Notes: a model not told the origin generated them from the letters alone. A DNA stretch of 64,000 nucleotides from Candidatus Latescibacterota bacterium (GCA_965215195.1 CBDCDC010000001.1:448001-512000); one strand, 5' to 3'. Counted from the stretch's first letter, positions 19,450-29,572 are shown. A program made the numbers and translations.

Positions 19450-20313
19450 TTAATGCACGGGAATGCCGGCTTCGGCAAGGATGCGGTGGACATTGGCGGC
19501 GGCTGTGGGGTATTGCTCGTTGGGCAAGTGTTCGAGGAGCATGTAGCCGTCGGGATGGGCGTCGTGCCACAACTTGAGCGCGGTGGCGAGGTCGAGTTCG
19601 CCATCGCCGGGCACCTCCTCGTCGATGTGGAGCACCAAGCCATTGGACAGCTTGATATCCTTGCAATGCCCGACAGCGGAGATGGGGTTCATAATCGCAA
19701 ATATGTGCTGCAAGCGCTCGGTGCTGTGGTACACTTGGTGCAAACTCTGGAAATGGTTGACGTAATCCATGACCACGGTCATGCGCTCGGAGCCAACGGC
19801 TTGCAACACGTCGCGGTTTACTTCTGGCGACCCCATGATGGTGAGCAGATGCGTCTCAATGACCACGGTGACCGCTTCGGACTCGGCTTTGGCGGCCACG
19901 CGCTTGAGGGTTTCGACGAGCAGGCCGCGCGCTTCGGGCGTGAGATTGCGCCGAGACGGAGCGTACGAACCGGCTGGGTTGAGGCTGCCGGTGCGGATTA
20001 GGCAGGTGTGGGCCGCCAAGTCGCGGGCAACTTCAATGCCGCGCTCAATTTTGCCTGCTACCTCGTCGCGCACCGCAGGGCTGGGATCGAACAGGCACTC
20101 GGCAAAGCCAATGCCGAACTGGGGCAGGTCCATGCCCGCGGCCGCAATGGTATCGCGCACCTTGTGGCACTCTGCGGCGGTGACGGCAAACAGCTTTTCC
20201 CCGGGGGCGTGAAAGGCCGCGCCCGTGAGATTGAGCGCCTTGATCGCCGCTAGGTGTTGGTCGCTGATTGCGCGAAAGTCTGGGGGCAACATGCCGACGA
20301 CGCCGAGCCGCAT
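19450..20313 (-). CDS. Sugar phosphate isomerase/epimerase (AP endonuclease 2 TIM barrel)
   Basis: VIETH, MDYVN, GHCKD, PGDGELD, LLEH; start at MRLG after AGGAG. Confidence 0.85.
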   Translation of the reverse strand: MRLGVVGMLPPDFRAISDQHLAAIKALNLTGAAFHAPGEKLFAVTAAECHKVRDTIAAAGMDLPQFGIGFAECLFDPSPAVRDEVAGKIERGIEVARDLAAHTCLIRTGSLNPAGSYAPSRRNLTPEARGLLVETLKRVAAKAESEAVTVVIETHLLTIMGSPEVNRDVLQAVGSERMTVVMDYVNHFQSLHQVYHSTERLQHIFAIMNPISAVGHCKDIKLSNGLVLHIDEEVPGDGELDLATALKLWHDAHPDGYMLLEHLPNEQYPTAAANVHRILAEAGIPVH

Positions 20314-20473
20314 GGTAAAAACTCCTTGTTGAAATTGTAGTGGACCGCGGTTGAAGTGCCTGCAAAAACTGACCAATGGTATAAGCAACGTCAACACGCG
20401 AGGCGTTTGCCGAACCGGGGCGGGGGGCCTACTATTTGATGCTTTGGCCACTCCAACCACCGCCCGACGAACC

Positions 20474-21274
20474 ATGACCTTCGCCCTTTCGTTTATCACC
20501 GCCCTCGTCTCCGGGCTCTACACCTGCCTGTGGGGCGCGTTCAAAGACGCTCCGTATGAGGGCTTCAAGCCCAAGACCTTTCCGCGCAGCATGTACTTCC
20601 ACGTGGCGATCTTTCTGCCGCTGTACTTCATCCCGTATTTCAGCGCGTCATTCCAGCAGCTCGGCCACGTGCAAATGTTCTTCCTAATCATGGGCCTAGA
20701 GCGCTTCCTCGCCGAAATCTACAAGGGCTTCTTCCGCACCGAAGACCAGCAAAAGTACTTCGTTCCCTCGCGCATTACCTTCTTTGGCCGCCCGGTCACC
20801 AGCGACCTCCTGCGCTATGGCGCAGGGGGCCTAATCGTCGCCATTGTCTTCGCCTTCCTGCTCGTGGCCGCGCCCGTCGAGAGCTTCTGGGCCTATCTGG
20901 CGACCGGGTATTGCACCGGGCTGCTGGTGGCCTTGGGGGGTGCTTACAAAGACGCGCCCTTCGAGGGATTCAAGTGGCTCAAGTTCCAGCGCTCCGGGGT
21001 CGTCTTGGCCGCCTTGAGTCCGCTGTTTTACTGGCTCGGCGACCCGCAACACCCGGTCGGGCTGGGTTTTCTCATCTACATGAACGGCGGGCTAGAGCGC
21101 TTCACCGTCGAGTACTACAAGACGTACATCCAGCGCAATATGTCCGGGAAATTCCAACCCAACCTGCCCCGAATCCAGCGCGAGTTGGACACCCGCGAGA
21201 AGTTCCACTACGCGGCTTTGGCGATCATCGCCGGGCTGGCCGCGCTCTACGCCCATGAACGCGGCGCACTATGA
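20474..21274 (+). CDS. Uncharacterised integral membrane protein with internal two-fold duplication
   Basis: GAFKDAPYEGFK/GAYKDAPFEGFK and MGLERFLAEIYK/GGLERFTVEYYK repeats. Confidence 0.75.
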   Translation: MTFALSFITALVSGLYTCLWGAFKDAPYEGFKPKTFPRSMYFHVAIFLPLYFIPYFSASFQQLGHVQMFFLIMGLERFLAEIYKGFFRTEDQQKYFVPSRITFFGRPVTSDLLRYGAGGLIVAIVFAFLLVAAPVESFWAYLATGYCTGLLVALGGAYKDAPFEGFKWLKFQRSGVVLAALSPLFYWLGDPQHPVGLGFLIYMNGGLERFTVEYYKTYIQRNMSGKFQPNLPRIQRELDTREKFHYAALAIIAGLAALYAHERGAL

Positions 21275-22742
21275 CGCCGTGGTAATCGGCTCCGGGTTCG
21301 GCGGCTCGCTGGTGGCCCACGCGCTGGTGCAAGCCGGGCTAAAGACCGCGCTGCTGGAGCGGGGCCAATGGGCCAAGCGCGACGACGCGGACTGGGATCA
21401 GCGCACCATCCTGCTGCAAAAGCGCTACCGCACGGGCTCGCCCCTTTTGGTCAAGCAGTACGGACGCCGCACCTTCCAGCGCATCTATCCCAACGAAGTG
21501 GTCGGCGGCAACTCGGTCTTTTACGGCGGGGCGTCGCTGCGGCTGCGGCCAGCGGATTTTGCCCGCTGGCCCTTGTCCTATGCAGACCTAGCGCCGTACT
21601 ACGCCCGCGCCGAGCAGCTCCTCGGGGTACACGGCGAGGTAGATACCGATCCGTACCAGCCCCCGGGGCTGGATGCCTATCCGCGCCGCGCCGTTGAGCT
21701 GAGTGCGCCGGCCCGGCGCATTTACCAAGCTGGGACGGCCCTCGGGCTGCGGCCGTTCAAAATTCCGCTGGCGATCAACTTTTCCGACCGCACCCGGCCC
21801 CTCTGCCTGCGCTGCATCACCTGCGACGGATTCCCTTGCAAGGTGGAGGCCAAAAACGACATGGCTTCCACCGTGCTGGCCGCGGCCGCGGCGGCCGGGC
21901 TAGAGATCGTCGTCGGGGCGGTGGTGCGGCGGCTGGTGCAACGGGGCGGGCGCGTTGAGCAGGTCGAATACGTCGATAGCGCGTCCCGGCAAGCCCACGC
22001 GCTCTCGGCCGACTTGGTGGTCTTGGCCGCCGGAGCACTCAACAGCCCGGCCCTGATGCTGCGCTCGGGATTCGATCACCCCCTGATTGGGCGCTTTCTC
22101 ATGCGCCACTGCAACGGGGTTGTCTGTTGCGTCTTTCCCTTTCGCACCAACCCGCAACAGGTCTTCCACAAACAGCTTTGCTTTTCCGACTTCTACGAAG
22201 ACCTGCGCGCGGAATTGGGCACGGCCGTGGGCGTCATCCAAGACATCTACACGCCAGCGTCCCCCATCATCCGGCACCACACCCCTTGGGGCTTCAAGAC
22301 CCTCGCCGGGCTGCTGGCCAGCCGCATGCAGAGCTTGCTCTGCATTGCCGAGGACGATTCGCGCCGCGAAAACCGCGTGTCCTTGGCCGGCGAGCAGGAC
22401 GTCTTTGGCATGGAACTGGTGCAGGTAGAGCACGCCTATAGCAACGCCGACTGTCGCCGCCGCGATTACCTGCTGGCCCAAGCAGAGGCCGTGTTGCGCC
22501 AAGCGGGCGGCCTGCTGCGCTACCGCTACTTGATCGATTCCTTCTCGCATGCCGTGGGGACCCTGCGCTGCGCCACCGCACCCGAAGACGGCGTCCTCGA
22601 CGTGGATTGCCGCTACTGGGGCAGCGAAAATGTTTACGTGTCCGACGGCAGCTTCATGCCCGCTTCGGGCGGGGTAAATCCGAGTTTGACGATCGCCGCC
22701 AACGCCCTGCGGGTGGCCGAGCGGATATTGGAGAAGCGATGA
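21255..22742 (+). CDS. GMC family FAD oxidoreductase
   Basis: GSGFGGS, VVGGNS, CLRCITCDGFPC, SHAVGT, GVNPSLTI. Confidence 0.9.
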   Translation: MNAAHYDAVVIGSGFGGSLVAHALVQAGLKTALLERGQWAKRDDADWDQRTILLQKRYRTGSPLLVKQYGRRTFQRIYPNEVVGGNSVFYGGASLRLRPADFARWPLSYADLAPYYARAEQLLGVHGEVDTDPYQPPGLDAYPRRAVELSAPARRIYQAGTALGLRPFKIPLAINFSDRTRPLCLRCITCDGFPCKVEAKNDMASTVLAAAAAAGLEIVVGAVVRRLVQRGGRVEQVEYVDSASRQAHALSADLVVLAAGALNSPALMLRSGFDHPLIGRFLMRHCNGVVCCVFPFRTNPQQVFHKQLCFSDFYEDLRAELGTAVGVIQDIYTPASPIIRHHTPWGFKTLAGLLASRMQSLLCIAEDDSRRENRVSLAGEQDVFGMELVQVEHAYSNADCRRRDYLLAQAEAVLRQAGGLLRYRYLIDSFSHAVGTLRCATAPEDGVLDVDCRYWGSENVYVSDGSFMPASGGVNPSLTIAANALRVAERILEKR

Positions 22743-23668
22743 AGAAGGTCTGTATAGTGGGATGCGGCACCATGGGTCGCCGGCACGCGAAAAACCTCGT
22801 CGGCAAGGTTGAGCTGTCCTTTCACAGCCGCACGCGGGCCAGCGCTGAAGCCCTCAGCCGCCAATGCGGTGGGGGGCCGGTTTTCGCATCGTACGCCGAA
22901 GTTCTCGACAGCGCGGTGGATGGGGTGCTGATCAGCTCGCCGCCGGACGCCCATCGGCCCCAAGTCGTCGCAGCACTGGCGGCCGGCAAGGGGGTGCTGG
23001 TGGAAAAGCCGTTGTGCGCCACAGAAGGCGATTTGGCGGCCATTGATGCGGCCGCCCATCCAGACGCCCTGCTGATGATCGCGGAAAACTACTACTACAA
23101 GCCCTTGCTCAAGCGGCTCAAGTGGATCATCCGACAGGGCTTTATCGGCCAAGTGCGGCAGGCGACTATTGGCAAGCGTTTTACCCAGCAGGCCGCGGGA
23201 TGGAAAAGCAGCTATGGTGCGCTGATAGAGGGCGGGATCCACTTCGTGGCCCTCGGAGCGGACCTTTTCGCCGACGCGCCTCGGCAGGTGACGGCAGAGT
23301 TTCCCGGGCAGCGGGCGGGCGAGCCGGAGCGGAATTCGGTCGTGCGAGTCGAGTACGCCTCCGGGGCCGAGCTGGTGTTACGCTATGCTTGGAACGCCTT
23401 CAGCCTGGCCAAGGGCACCTTTCAGCACGCGCGGATTGTGGGGACCGCGGGACGGATCGTCTTCGAATGCAATGGGCTATACGTGCGTTTGCGGGGGCGG
23501 CGGAAGCGGCTCTACTTTCCGGGCGTGGGGGACTTGATGGGCTACAAGGGCATGATGCGGGACTTTTTGCAGTGTTTGCAGGACCCGGGGCGGCAGCCGT
23601 ATTCGGACTTGGCGCGAGCGGAACGGGATTTGGGGATTGTGTTTGCAGCGTATAAAGGATTGAAATGA
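22739..23668 (+). CDS. Gfo/Idh/MocA oxidoreductase
   Basis: VGCGTMG, VEKP, ENY; ATGA overlap with the GMC gene. Confidence 0.88.
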   Translation: MKKVCIVGCGTMGRRHAKNLVGKVELSFHSRTRASAEALSRQCGGGPVFASYAEVLDSAVDGVLISSPPDAHRPQVVAALAAGKGVLVEKPLCATEGDLAAIDAAAHPDALLMIAENYYYKPLLKRLKWIIRQGFIGQVRQATIGKRFTQQAAGWKSSYGALIEGGIHFVALGADLFADAPRQVTAEFPGQRAGEPERNSVVRVEYASGAELVLRYAWNAFSLAKGTFQHARIVGTAGRIVFECNGLYVRLRGRRKRLYFPGVGDLMGYKGMMRDFLQCLQDPGRQPYSDLARAERDLGIVFAAYKGLK

Positions 23669-23669
23669 C

Positions 23670-25352
23670 ATGAGCGACGCGGAAAAGATCATCTATTCGA
23701 TGTACAAGGTGAGCAAGCACTACAACCGTAAGGTGATCCTCGCCGACATTTCACTGTCGTATTTCTACGGGGCCAAGATCGGGGTGTTGGGCTTGAATGG
23801 GTCCGGGAAGAGCACCTTGCTGCGGATTATGGCCGGCATCGACGCTGAATACGAGGGGACCATTCGCGTCCAGTCGGGGTTTACGGTGGGGTACTTGGAG
23901 CAGGAGCCCGAGCTGGAGAAGGGGAAGACGGTCAAGGAGATCGTCGAGGAGGGCGTACAGGAAACAGTGGATTTGCTGCGCGAGTACGAGGACATCAACG
24001 CCCAGTTCGCCGAACCCATGGACGACGACGCCATGAACGCCCTGATCGAGCGGCAGGCTACGGTGGCCGAACAGCTCGACGCGGCCGGGGCTTGGGATTT
24101 GGACAGTCGGCTGGATATGGCCATGGACGCGCTGCGCTGTCCGCCCGAAGACCAAGAGGTCTCTACGCTTTCGGGCGGCGAGCAGCGGCGGGTGGCGCTG
24201 TGTCGGTTGTTGCTCCGCCAGCCGGATATTTTGCTCCTCGACGAGCCGACCAACCACCTCGACGCCGAAACAGTGGCGTGGCTGGAGGGGCATTTGCATC
24301 AGTACCAAGGGACGGTGATCGCCGTCACCCACGACCGGTATTTTCTCGACAATGTGGCGGGCTGGATTCTGGAGCTGGACCAAGGGCGCGGCGTACCGTG
24401 GAAGGGGAATTACTCGTCGTGGCTAGAGCAGAAAAAGGAGCGCCTGCGGCTGGAAGAAAAGAGCGAAAGCGAAAGACAGCGGACGTTAGAGCGCGAGCTG
24501 GAGTGGATCCGCATGACGCCGAGGGCCAAGCAGCAGAAGAGCAAGGCTCGGATCAGGGCCTACGAGGAATTGCTAAACCAAGATCGAGTGCGGCGCAACG
24601 AGTCGATGCAGATCTACATTCCGCCGGGGCCGCGGCTGGGCGATATTGCCATTGAGGCTAAGGGTGTGCGCAAGCGCTACGGCGAGCGCATCCTCTTCGA
24701 GAACATGGATTTTGCGCTGCCCTCGGGCGGGATCGTCGGGGTCATCGGACCCAACGGCGCGGGCAAGACGACCCTGTTCCGGCTGATTACCGGCCAAGAG
24801 AGCACCGACAGCGGCCAGCTCCGCATCGGCGAGACCGTGCGGCTGGGGTATGTAGATCAGAGCCGGGAAACTTTGGTGGGAGAAAACACCGTCTGGCAGG
24901 AGGTCTCGGGCGGCGAGGAAGAGATGGAGCTGGGCGAGCGCAAGGTGAATTCGCGGGCGTACCTCGCGCGCTTCAACTTCCTCGGTGCCGACCAGCAGCA
25001 GAAGGTGGGTACGCTCTCGGGCGGGCAGCGCAATCGGGTGCATCTGGCCAAGGTGCTCAAGGAGCAGGCCAATGTATTCCTGCTCGACGAGCCGACCAAC
25101 GACCTAGACGTGCATACGCTACGCGCACTGGAGGAGGGGTTGGAAAACTTCGCCGGCTGCGCGGTGGTCATCAGCCACGACCGGTGGTTTTTGGACCGCA
25201 TCGCCACGCATATTCTGGCGTTTGAAGGCGACAGCCAAGTCTATTGGTTCGAGGGCAACTTCTCGGAATACGAGGAAAACAAGAAGGCCCGGCTAGGCGA
25301 GGATTCGGTCGTCCCTCGGCGGGTCCACTACCGCCACTTGACGCGGGATTAA
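23670..25352 (+). CDS. ettA: ABC-F translational throttle EttA
   Basis: GAKIGVLGLNGSGKS, two ABC domains, IPPGPRLG, FEGNFSEYE. Confidence 0.95.
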   Translation: MSDAEKIIYSMYKVSKHYNRKVILADISLSYFYGAKIGVLGLNGSGKSTLLRIMAGIDAEYEGTIRVQSGFTVGYLEQEPELEKGKTVKEIVEEGVQETVDLLREYEDINAQFAEPMDDDAMNALIERQATVAEQLDAAGAWDLDSRLDMAMDALRCPPEDQEVSTLSGGEQRRVALCRLLLRQPDILLLDEPTNHLDAETVAWLEGHLHQYQGTVIAVTHDRYFLDNVAGWILELDQGRGVPWKGNYSSWLEQKKERLRLEEKSESERQRTLERELEWIRMTPRAKQQKSKARIRAYEELLNQDRVRRNESMQIYIPPGPRLGDIAIEAKGVRKRYGERILFENMDFALPSGGIVGVIGPNGAGKTTLFRLITGQESTDSGQLRIGETVRLGYVDQSRETLVGENTVWQEVSGGEEEMELGERKVNSRAYLARFNFLGADQQQKVGTLSGGQRNRVHLAKVLKEQANVFLLDEPTNDLDVHTLRALEEGLENFAGCAVVISHDRWFLDRIATHILAFEGDSQVYWFEGNFSEYEENKKARLGEDSVVPRRVHYRHLTRD

Positions 25353-25497
25353 GTTGTGTGGCCATAGGCAATCAATCCGCCGCTGCGGAGATAAGCCTCG
25401 GGCTGGATTGGGGCCGGGTGCATGAACGCACTTCAAATAAAAATCCGCGTCTCATCAGCCATGCGAATAAGTCTCCTGCGATAGCTCTAGCAGCACC

Positions 25498-26610
25498 CTA
25501 GTCGACGACAATCAAATGGATGGTGGCCGCCGCCATGGCCTCCCAGTCCACGGCGAGGCCGAGGCCCGGCCCGGCCGGCGGATATGCGTAGCCATCGGGT
25601 TGGGCGCGGATGACGTCCTGCATCCCGTATTCGTAGGGTTCGCAGGGCACGGACTGCTCGAAATAGGAGCAGTTGTCGCAAGCCAGCATCAGGTGCAGGT
25701 TGGCTGCCGACACTAGGCTGTATCCCCACGACATGATCTCGCATTTCACGCCGGCCGCTGCGGTGAGGGCGATCGCTTTGTTGGCTTGGGTTATTCCGCC
25801 CATCATGGCCACGTCGGTGCGGGCGCGTCCCCACGCCTTTGAATGAAGGGCTTCGGCAAAGGAATGGAGGTCTTGGAACCAGTTGCCGGACGGCAGGATG
25901 GGAATGGTTACCCGGCTCGTCAGCTCCCGGTAGCCGTTGAGGTCCGAGTCGTGCAGCGGCGCCTCAAACCACGTAAAACCCATGGCTTCGAGCGCTTGGG
26001 CCACGCGCAGGGCACCGTCGCGGTCGTAGTTGTTTTCGGCATCGAGCATGAAGGCGACGTCGTTGCCGGGGTACTGCTTGCGGACAGCGCGGGCGAGTTC
26101 GAGGTCCAACTCGGGAATGCACCAGGTGTGGAACTTGATGGCCTTGAAGCCTTGGGCAATGAACTCCGCGGCGTTCTTCAGATAGGATTCGACATCCTCA
26201 AAAAGCGGGGTGCTGGCGTAGGCCGGGATCTTGTCGCGCGCTCCGCCCAACAGCCGGTAGAGCGGCAGCCCCGCCACCTTGCCGGCCAGATCCCACAGGG
26301 CAATGTCGATGGCGGCCAACGACTGGGGCGGCAGCGGAAAGACGCGCGGTCTGATCGCGTGCCAAATCTGCTCTCGCGCGAGCGGGTCCTTGCCCAGCAG
26401 GATGGGGGCTAGGTGGCGGATGGCTTCGGCCGTGTAGCGCTCGAAGTCAAAGGAGGTCGCGTTCCAGACGCCAGCGACTCCCTCGACGCCCGCGTCTGTA
26501 TAGAGCCTGACGACCGTGTTGGTCGAGTACTGGTCCGGCAGATCGTCCGACCAGGTGAAGCGATCGACCGGCGGGGCCACGGTGCGTATTTCGACTTTGG
26601 TGATGTGCAT
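25498..26610 (-). CDS. Mandelate racemase/muconate lactonizing enzyme family protein
   Basis: IDIALWDLAGK, IKFH, MLDA, WFEAP, PGLG. Confidence 0.88.
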   Translation of the reverse strand: MHITKVEIRTVAPPVDRFTWSDDLPDQYSTNTVVRLYTDAGVEGVAGVWNATSFDFERYTAEAIRHLAPILLGKDPLAREQIWHAIRPRVFPLPPQSLAAIDIALWDLAGKVAGLPLYRLLGGARDKIPAYASTPLFEDVESYLKNAAEFIAQGFKAIKFHTWCIPELDLELARAVRKQYPGNDVAFMLDAENNYDRDGALRVAQALEAMGFTWFEAPLHDSDLNGYRELTSRVTIPILPSGNWFQDLHSFAEALHSKAWGRARTDVAMMGGITQANKAIALTAAAGVKCEIMSWGYSLVSAANLHLMLACDNCSYFEQSVPCEPYEYGMQDVIRAQPDGYAYPPAGPGLGLAVDWEAMAAATIHLIVVD

Positions 26611-26634
26611 GGAAGACCTTTCGTGGAAACGAAT

Positions 26635-28308
26635 TTACAAGGCAGGTTCGGATGCGAGATGCTCGGGGTATATTTCAATGTGCTCGGCGTACTGTTGCCG
26701 CAGTTGGCTCAGAAACGCTTCAAAGCGCTCCTCAATGCGCTGACCATTGGCCGCTCGCACCATCTTTTCTACGGTTTGTTGAACCTCGGGATGGGCAAAG
26801 GGGCGCAGTCGGGCCGGGCGTTGTTCCAGCGTGCGAAACACGATGTATCCCGGCCAGATTTTTTCTCGCGGCTGAAAATGCACCAAGAAAGGCCCACCGA
26901 CTTTTCCCACCGGAGTTTTGCGGACGGCCGCCAGCACTTCCGACATGGTGTGCGGGGAGTGGGCGTGTTGCGCGTCTTCCTCGCGGTGGATGTGGTAGAT
27001 GTTATAGTGGAACCAAGCGTTGTGAAAGCGCGGATAAGCCTGAGCGAGGGTCCACATGTCGGCACCTTGGCGCACTTTTTCGGCAACGTCGAGTGCATCG
27101 GCTTCGCGTTGGAGCAGGATGGCTTCATAGATGAGCAGATCGGGATCGGTAAACCAAGCTAGATGCTCCTCGTAATAGGTCCGCATAGCCGCTTCGTCGA
27201 CAATCAGTGCTTCGGCCTCTAGGCGGCGCAGCTCTTCGATCATTAATACCGCACGGCGGTTTTCCAGATAGTGCTGCATCTCGTCGTCGGCGGCTAGTCC
27301 GGCCTGCTGGGCAGCTAGCGGCAGGAGCACGGAATCTACGGCCGTGCGTCTGGCGTACCGAGCAATACTCGCGGTATCTACGGTTACGGGACGCCGCTGA
27401 GGTGAGGTCGCCACGAGCCATTTTAGGTACTGCCCAAGCGCGACCTGCCCTTCTTCGTAGAGCATTAACGGCCTTGTTAATTGCTCGTCTCGGTTGAACT
27501 CGGGTATGCCGTGAGAGGCGGTTTTGCCCAGCTTGACTAGCTGCAACGAGGTTTCTTCGACTAGCTGTAAATTGAATTGTTTTCTGATGTTGGCGCGAAA
27601 TTCCGCCGTGCGCGCGGCAAGGCGATCCGCGTAGAGCCGGTCTTTGATCCTCTTTTTTACGGACCCATAGGGCAGGGGGCGGGCGTCCTCCACGCGCACG
27701 ATGTGGAAGTAGCCCTCTCGGCCTTGAAAGGGCGCAGACAGCTCGCCCGGCTGCATGGAGAAGAGCACCTTGCTGACCGGGCCGATCATCAAGGACTCGT
27801 CCCAGTAGCCCAAATCGCCTCCTTTATCAGCGGTCTGCCGCTCCATAGAAAAACGACGGGCCAACTCGGGGAAATTTTCACCGTCTAGGAGTGCTTGGTA
27901 GAGCGTTTGCGCTTCTGCGGCTGTCTTCACCGCGATATGCCGCCCCCGCACCTCGCGCTTGGTGGGCAAGTCGCTGTCTTCGTAATAGGCCCTGATCTCT
28001 TCGTCCGAGACCGTTACGCGGCTTGTAACTTCCCTTTCGATGAGGCGTTCTACGGCCCGTTGGCGGCGCACGTGCTCCAAGCCGGCTAAGACCCGGGTGC
28101 TCTTGTCCAGTTCCCTATTCCTAGCTTCGAGAAACAGCAACTCGCGATTGATGAGGGTCTCTAGGACCTCTCGCTTTGATTCTTTTTGCTCCAGCTTGTC
28201 CCAAGCCCGCTCTACCTGATCGAGCGTGACGGTGCGCTCGGCGATGCGCGCTGCCACAGAATGGTTCTCGGCGCATCCCAAGAGGAGGACTACTAGCGCT
28301 ATAGCCAC
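26635..28308 (-). CDS. Parvulin (PpiC/SurA/PrsA-like) peptidyl-prolyl isomerase lipoprotein
   Basis: LLLGC lipobox; RHIAVKT...FPELARRFS...KGGDLG; second degenerate PPIase domain; GTG start at 28308 is inferred. Confidence 0.75.
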   Translation of the reverse strand: MAIALVVLLLGCAENHSVAARIAERTVTLDQVERAWDKLEQKESKREVLETLINRELLFLEARNRELDKSTRVLAGLEHVRRQRAVERLIEREVTSRVTVSDEEIRAYYEDSDLPTKREVRGRHIAVKTAAEAQTLYQALLDGENFPELARRFSMERQTADKGGDLGYWDESLMIGPVSKVLFSMQPGELSAPFQGREGYFHIVRVEDARPLPYGSVKKRIKDRLYADRLAARTAEFRANIRKQFNLQLVEETSLQLVKLGKTASHGIPEFNRDEQLTRPLMLYEEGQVALGQYLKWLVATSPQRRPVTVDTASIARYARRTAVDSVLLPLAAQQAGLAADDEMQHYLENRRAVLMIEELRRLEAEALIVDEAAMRTYYEEHLAWFTDPDLLIYEAILLQREADALDVAEKVRQGADMWTLAQAYPRFHNAWFHYNIYHIHREEDAQHAHSPHTMSEVLAAVRKTPVGKVGGPFLVHFQPREKIWPGYIVFRTLEQRPARLRPFAHPEVQQTVEKMVRAANGQRIEERFEAFLSQLRQQYAEHIEIYPEHLASEPAL

Positions 28309-28525
28309 TGGTCGCTGAGTGCGAGGAGAACCAGCAGCCACGTGCGCGCCCAATAGGCGCTGTTCGTGGGCCAGTTCTGCCAGTAGGTTTCGTTGTGGGG
28401 GATTCTGTGATACCACTGGAGCAGGGGAATGGAGGGCAGCTCGCGCAGCCAGATTTCCATGGCTTGGCGAAAGTGTGCAAGCAGGCGCGGCTCGTCCGGG
28501 GCCGTGCCGGCCATGCGATCGAAGT
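28299..28525 (-). pseudogene. C-terminal remnant of a family-5 ABC substrate-binding protein
   Basis: AMEIWLRELPSIPLLQWYHRIPHNETYWQNWP...NSAYW is typical of SBP family 5 C-termini; rest of the gene absent. Confidence 0.6.
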
Positions 28526-28573
28526 GGGTGCTCAGCACGCAGTTAAGCATGACGGACAAGCTCCATACGAAAG

Positions 28574-28602
28574 TTGACATACACTATGCTATTAAATAGC
28601 TT
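28574..28602 (+). promoter_or_regulatory. Putative sigma70 promoter
   Basis: TTGACA-N17-TAGCTT upstream of the 28664 gene. Confidence 0.5.
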
Positions 28603-28663
28603 GAACGGACAAAAGGGCGCATGTTACAACGCTTCTAACGCACTCTCTAAAAGGAGGATAACC

Positions 28664-29572
28664 ATGAAAATTCTTGCTGTTTTTGGCGTTTTGCTGTTGG
28701 CTGCGGGCGCGTGCTTGGCGCACAGCAACGCCAATGGTTTTGGCTATTTCGCGTTGGAATGGCCCGCGGATGTTGCGTACGTCGCCGATGGTGAGGACGG
28801 AGATTGGGCGTGGTACGACCCCAATTTCATCGTCACGCCCGACGAAATGGGCGAGGTCGTCCAGCAGGTGATTCCAGACAAGAGCGATATCGACGTTTCC
28901 ATAAGGACCGCTTGGACGCAGCCCCCCGACAACCGCATCTTGGGCTTTGTGCGGGTGACGGACGACTCCCTGCACGCCGCCGAAACGGATCCAGAGAACG
29001 GGTGGTTTGAGGACGATCTCGAAATTATTACCGACGGCGACCACAGCGGTGGTCCGTACCGCGATCCGAACCAAGTGAACGCCCAGCAGTGGACCATGCA
29101 CGTGCAGGTTCCCGGCGGGTATTCGACGCCCTACGGCAACGGCACGACTTGGCTGCGCAAAGACGCCGACCCGGCCAAGCAGTGGGCCACGGCCTACATT
29201 GAGGCCGATGTCAGTCTCAGCCCTCCGGGCGCTACGCACGGATCGACCAATGTCACCTTAGGCTATGAGTTTGCCATGCCGCTGTGGGTGAACTTGGAAA
29301 ACGACGAAGCCTCTACCGAGCGCGTGGTCCTGCAGCCGGGCATGACCGTTGGTCTCACCTACCAGCTCAACGAGGCCGATACAACGCCGGCTGAAGGCGC
29401 GGCCCGGACGCATCAGCTAGTAACCGGAGACGTCAACGGGGCGCATAGAGATCAGGATTTCGCCTCTGACTTTACCTTGTTGACCGTAGATGAGTACACC
29501 CGAGGCAGCGATGTTGGCACCGCGGTCGAAAGCAGTGCTTGGGGAAAAATTAAGGCGACTTTCGACGAGTAA
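28664..29572 (+). CDS. Secreted CBM9/DOMON-like sugar-binding protein with C-terminal AVE..WG.IK tail
   Basis: RBS AAGGAGG; signal peptide; DGEDGDW, VRVTDD, DDLEIITDGDHSGG; ends GTAVESSAWGKIKATFDE. Confidence 0.75.
   Translation: MKILAVFGVLLLAAGACLAHSNANGFGYFALEWPADVAYVADGEDGDWAWYDPNFIVTPDEMGEVVQQVIPDKSDIDVSIRTAWTQPPDNRILGFVRVTDDSLHAAETDPENGWFEDDLEIITDGDHSGGPYRDPNQVNAQQWTMHVQVPGGYSTPYGNGTTWLRKDADPAKQWATAYIEADVSLSPPGATHGSTNVTLGYEFAMPLWVNLENDEASTERVVLQPGMTVGLTYQLNEADTTPAEGAARTHQLVTGDVNGAHRDQDFASDFTLLTVDEYTRGSDVGTAVESSAWGKIKATFDE

Noticed and set aside
25353-25480. Small minus-strand ORF MADETRIFI with an RBS
   Set aside because: Nine codons before a stop and no recognisable homology
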